This document shows positions 59,001-64,000 of a stretch of DNA of 64,000 nucleotides, piece by piece. The stretch's first letter is position 1. Every line of letters starts with the position of its first letter. Origin of the DNA: Lama guanicoe (taxonomy: Eukaryota); assembly GCA_013239625.1 (NCBI GenBank), contig MU053934.1:5846399-5910398 (forward strand), given 5' to 3'. A program made the translations under genes and the position numbers. The notes under the pieces were generated by a model, which was not told the DNA's origin, did not search any database, and was given only the letters and a program-made list of their open reading frames with translations.

Positions 59001-60324
59001 TTAGAGAGATTCTGTAGCAGGGAGGGGAAGAGGGAATCCACTCCAGAGCCCAAAATTAGAACTTTTTTGTAAGCCTTCCATGACCATATTTGACCACATT
59101 CTTAATCTTCTAGTTCATATTAAATTAACATATTCCTATAAAGATTTTATTAGGGGTTAGAAAAAATATATACTCCTAGGGCTGAGGGTTTCTCCTAGGG
59201 CTTAAAAATACATATAATATACTCCCTGATTTTTTAGGTGCCATGAATTCTTTTCTTGTTCATTTTTTCCTCCTGGCTTACTCTTTGTCAGTGCCAGTAG
59301 TGTCTGACTTCCTACATTTTTGTATTCTCAAGTGAATGCTCACTCCTAGGGTTTTAAATGCTATCCTGTGTAAGAATATTCCCTCTGAAGTTATGAGCCA
59401 TTACTCACAGTCAATGTGAAATATTAAGTGGACCTGGATACTTTGTAGAGAATTTTGGCTATGTTTTCATGTACCATCAGAAAGCAGTAAGATAAGTAAA
59501 CTGATACTCAATGTAATCACTTTTTTCTTTTACCCCCATAATATTACCACCGATTAAAAAATATGCCTTAAGGGTACATAATTTCTCTAAAAATAACACA
59601 GTAGTGACAAAGAATTGCAGTTGAGACAATTAAAGACCACTACCAGCAGCTACATTTCAGAGCCACCCTGATGCTGTCAGAAGCAAAGTTCTGCCTAAGC
59701 ATGTAGGAAGCATGATGAAAAAAGGCAACAGGATTTGACTTTGATAGATTTGATAGAATCTAGTTCATTATTTGCATTTTACTGGGAAGTTTTGTTTATT
59801 TTCTTGTCTTTAACCAAAATATCTTGAGGAGTATATTAATAGAATTGTGTATCAAAAAAATTTTAACCACATGAAAATCTGAACATTGCTGTTTTATGTT
59901 TTTAAGGAAATAGAATATTCATTAAAACTGTTAATCAAAAAAGTAATACATGCACATAGAGCTATTCAAGCCAGTCTGAAGGAATATTCAATAAAAAATA
60001 GTTTAACTCTAACCCAGACACTTTTATTACCCTCCTTAGGGACCATCATACTTAGATTCCTTATGTCCTTACATAAACTGTGCTTACAAAAGCACATGCA
60101 TGTATAATTCAGTTCCCTAAGCAATTCTGGTTCTAGTTTTTTGCTCCTTTGACGTTGCTCTTACATCTGTACATACATGTATGAGTATAACTGTAAGACA
60201 AAATATCAGAAATGGAAATCCTAATCAATGAATATGTGCATGCATTTTTTCATTTATTTAGCAATTACCAAATAGAGTGAGTCAGTTTACACACCAATGG
60301 ATTTTCACTGAAAATGCTTCTTTT

Positions 60325-60450
60325 AGTGGGGAGGGTATAGTTCAGTAGTAGAGTGCGTGCTTAGCATGCATGAGGTCCTAGGTCCAATCCCTAGTACTTC
60401 CATTAAAAAATAAATAAACCTAACCTCCCCATAATAATAATTTTTTAAAA
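60325..60450 (+). mobile_element. tRNA-derived SINE (Vic-1-like)
   Basis: A/B boxes; TSD gaaaat(g/t)cttctttt 60310-60324/60451-60465. Confidence 0.9.
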
Positions 60451-60997
60451 GAAAATTCTTCTTTTCCCAGACCCTTCTCAACCCTTGATATTCTCAAACT
60501 TTAAAAAGATTTCAAAATTTCATACAGAAAAATATATTACTTTAAGTTTTACTTTAAATGCAGTTGAGCATATGTGCATTTTTTAAATCTGTTGCATTTC
60601 TTTTTATGTAAATTGCCTGTTCCTTTCCTATTGGATTATTCGTCTTTTTCTTATTGGATTGTAAAGGTACTTTGTGAATTAGCCTTTATATGTGTGTTGC
60701 TAGTTATATTGTAAATAGTGATTTTTTATATGTACTGCTAGTATTTTTTAACCCTGATTTGTCATTTGTCTCTTAACTTTGTTTACGGTGATTATTTTCC
60801 TTATTACTCAAATGTCCTTAAAGATTCTATTTTGGGTCTGTCTTTGAAAGGATGAAAGTTTCTTGTGACATTTTCTTGTAGGACTTTCATCACTTTTCCT
60901 TCTTCCTTCTCTCTCTCTTTCTCCACCTCCTCTGTCTTTTGTTTTAAGTTGTTACTGATATTTAAGATACTCTATCATGTTTTTTGTTTTGACCTAG

Positions 60998-61091
60998 GTG
61001 CTAGTCCTATGGGAGTAAACGGAGGTGTAGGGGTTCAAACGTCAAATCTTCTTTCTGACTCAATGTTGCATTCAGCCATAAATTCTCAAAA
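60998..61091 (+). CDS. EP300: p300 exon 7 (ASPMGVNGGVGVQ...SAINSQ)
   Basis: gacctag|GTG, AAA|gtaagt; 94 nt. Confidence 0.95.
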
Positions 61092-61663
61092 GTAAGTAAT
61101 ATTGTGGTTTGTGCCCTTTGTCAGGTTTCAGACACTTGTTAGGATTCCTTTTTTGAGTTTTTAAATTTCCTTGATTAGAAGATACCCCTGATGAATGAAG
61201 ACAAATAGTATGTTTGAGTTCATACTTTACTCTTTCTATAACCTAATTAAAAATTGTATCCATTATTTGGGGTAGCAGACACCTTCCCACATACAGTAGG
61301 GTGTTGCAAATGCAGCTGCTTAGAAAACGAGTTTGCTCTATCCCAGGGTTAAGGATTACTCCATTGTCCAATGGATTCCCTGGGATGAGCTGTGTCAAAG
61401 TGACAGCTTAGTTTCACGTAACACAAGACTTAGTCTTCTAAACACATCATCCACTTCTCCAAACAACAAAATGTTGTGGGTTAATAACTCTTTTCCCTCA
61501 CACAGATAGAAACACATGCACACCCCCAGACTCCTTTATGTAAATGGACTTGTCATGGTGTGTTGGCCCTATGCAGGTGTCACTGTCAGCTCTACTTAAA
61601 TGAGATCCTCTTTTCTCCTACCTTTCTTCACTAAAACTATTATTTCACGACTCCTTTTTAAAG

Positions 61664-61801
61664 CCCAATGATGAGTGAAAATGCCAGTGTGGCCTCCCTG
61701 GGTCCTATGCCAACAGCAGCTCAACCATCCAGTACTGGAATTCGGAAACAGTGGCATGAAGATATTACTCAGGATCTTCGAAATCATCTTGTTCACAAAC
61801 T
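61664..61801 (+). CDS. EP300: p300 exon 8 (PMMSENASV...GIRKQWHEDITQDLRNHLVHK; KIX start)
   Basis: tttttaaag|CCC, ACT|gtaaga; 138 nt; read directly, not in ORF track. Confidence 0.95.
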
Positions 61802-63413
61802 GTAAGATTGTAGGCATGTCTTATTCATAAACAGTTACAGGTCAGCATGCTTCCAATCTGCCTGGCACTTAAACACAAGAGAAATATTAGGGATTTTTCT
61901 GTAGCCTGGCTGTTGCTGCTGATACTTCTTCTGTGACTTTCCTGCTTCCTATTCTCTGCTTCTCAACTTCTTCACCATTATTCATTACGAGTCTTTCAGC
62001 TTTAACAGCATATAAACAATTCTGCCTAGTGACAGTAATCAACACATTAGTTAAAATTCTTTCACTTTAAATTTAAATTGTAAAGGCAGTAGCCTTTACA
62101 GAACTCATTTTAAAAGAAAAGCTAGTTCTTAGATCATTAGAATGGTAGTGTCAGTCCTGTTTTCTGTTATCCCTGGTAAAGCTTTTATTATCTTGACAAG
62201 TTGAATCTGTTTGGGTGGTTTCTCTGTGGTCTTCTGTCCCTCCAAATGTGCCCATATCAATAGTCTGTGAAATACCTCTGCGCTATTTGTTGTGAAGTTG
62301 ATACGTGCCAGGCACACTGCCTCACAGTCACTCTCTTCTCAGATGAAAGACGGAGAAGGCATATGGAGTGGTAAAATGTAATGCACCCAATATCCTAAAG
62401 ATAGAGATTAGACTTGACTGATTACAGAGTTTATACTTCAAAAAAAAAATGCAGAATTTTTTTTTTCTTGGAAGTATCAGTCCCCCCCCTCACTTAATGG
62501 AGGGCTCTTCATTTTATTCATTTTTTTTAATTGGCTTAGAACTTTGTGACCTGTCTTTTATCTTAATTTATTTTTATGTTACATTAGCCTACCAATTATA
62601 CTTGAGTTTCATTTAGGAGTTCTCAAATGATAGCACTAAAAATGGAATTTGACAAAGAGAAAACTGAGATGTTAATACAGTAAATTAATAAGGAATAACG
62701 AAAACAAACTTATTTTGTGATCCAGCTGTTAAGGAACTTTTATTTAATGAACAGAGACAGTAGATTGTTTGGGATTTGTTATTTGAGTTAATGTGAAATG
62801 TTTATTATATGCTTGTGGATTTTTTTTTCTTACTAACTTAGGTATTTTTCTAAGCTTCCATTTATTTCTTCTCCACATGGTTTTTTCAGGTACAGGTGAA
62901 CATAAGGTGTCCATATGATAAAATTAGTGGTTGAAATCACATTTGTCAATCTTCTGGAATGTCAGTGCCAAATATTTTGTAGGGACTTGCTAGAGAGTAA
63001 AAGATACTGAATTTAGCAGAGTTATTATGCATTTTTGCCCCCTTCACTTCAAGTTTTTTTTTTATCTTTTAAGATTTTGTAGATTATTAGGTTTTATTTG
63101 ACTAAGCTGAATTTAGGAAAGTAGAAGGATCTTAAGGCTGTTGCTACTTGATACTATGACAAAGGTTAGGTTTCCTCACTTCCTTTATGCAAATAGCACA
63201 GTATAATTTTTTTGCTCCACATTAGAGTTACAGGGACCAGAGAGTATTTATATTTGAGCACATCCCACCCCTCATTTTAAAATTTTACCTAATGTGTTCA
63301 TGGTATAAAAATGGGGAACTACTAATCAGGAAGAAGTTTAAAATACTGTATATTTGTATGACAAGAACGAAAAACTGACATGGTATAATAGTGGTAGGAT
63401 TTTCTGTTCCTAG

Positions 63414-63531
63414 TGTTCAAGCCATATTTCCTACTCCGGATCCTGCTGCTTTAAAAGACAGGCGGATGGAAAACCTAGTTGCATATGCCCGGAAAGTGGA
63501 AGGGGACATGTATGAATCTGCAAATAATCGA
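63414..63531 (+). CDS. EP300: p300 exon 9 ([42 protein letters not shown])
   Basis: ttcctag|TGT, CGA|gtgagc; 118 nt. Confidence 0.96.
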
Positions 63532-64000
63532 GTGAGCATCTTTTTTGTCTATATAAAGTCAAAAATGGACCTCTTTTGGTTATTCCTCGTTGTTACATGT
63601 ACATGGAAAATACTGAACTTCACAGGATACCCTTTAGCCCTTCTGTCTTAGTCTCACTGTGGAGTCACGATAACAAAGCAATTTTCTTAAAGTGTATGTC
63701 AAGAATCTTACATTTTTCCTCCTAATAATACATTGCACTCATGAGGCACTTTATCTGGGTTGTCCTTCTGTCAGCTGAAAAGTGGTTGAGCTGTTACCAG
63801 CTCTGTGCTATTTTCACTAGAATATGGTGAATCAGCTGCTTAGTATTTTCATCTCAAGTAGTATTTCCGTATCAGTTGAACTTTCTTCTCTAAATTGGCA
63901 CTTCTTCAAAAATGTAGCATATTCTTTCCACATGCTATAAATTGCCAGCGCATAGTTTGTAAACTTACTTTGAGAAGTCATGCTTTACTCTGTAGGTTCA

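Larger units (their letters stand above)
26001..64000 (+). other. EP300: EP300 gene, 5' part (leader + exons 1-9); continues past window end; TSS approximate
   Basis: Spliced translation MAENVVEPGPPSAKRPK...TAZ1...KIX recognised as p300; nine exons join in frame (94+638+177+262+114+246+94+138+118=1881 nt). Confidence 0.98.

Noticed and set aside
61650..61663. TCCTTTTTAAAG resembling a U12 branch site before exon 8
   Set aside because: The intron 7 donor is GTAAGT (U2), not the U12 GTATCCT consensus
1..64000. CRISPR arrays, operons or prokaryotic defence systems
   Set aside because: Sequence is mammalian intron/exon DNA; no regularly spaced repeat-spacer array seen

Overview
Mammalian genomic DNA, most likely camelid (alpaca/camel), judged from ten copies of a tRNA-derived SINE resembling the camelid Vic-1 family. 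Positions 1-~24.7 kb are repeat-dense intergenic sequence (L1, L2/MIR, MaLR/ERVL/ERV1 LTRs, Tigger/hAT MER elements). A CpG island (~25.4-27.3 kb) is the promoter and 5' leader of EP300 (p300 acetyltransferase, + strand). Coding exons 1-9 (27210-63531; 1881 nt, 627 codons; NLS, LxxLL, TAZ1/CH1, start of KIX) have canonical GT-AG boundaries and an unbroken frame; the gene runs off the window end. No second protein-coding gene is supported. The best leads concern EP300 dosage control: a leader with a start-stop element and an Arg-rich 37-aa uORF, a hairpin (miR-1281 orthologue) masking a consensus 5' splice site, a perfect D-box, and a candidate poison exon in intron 1. These are hypotheses. Comparisons with human sequence and repeat-family names are from memory and need database confirmation.
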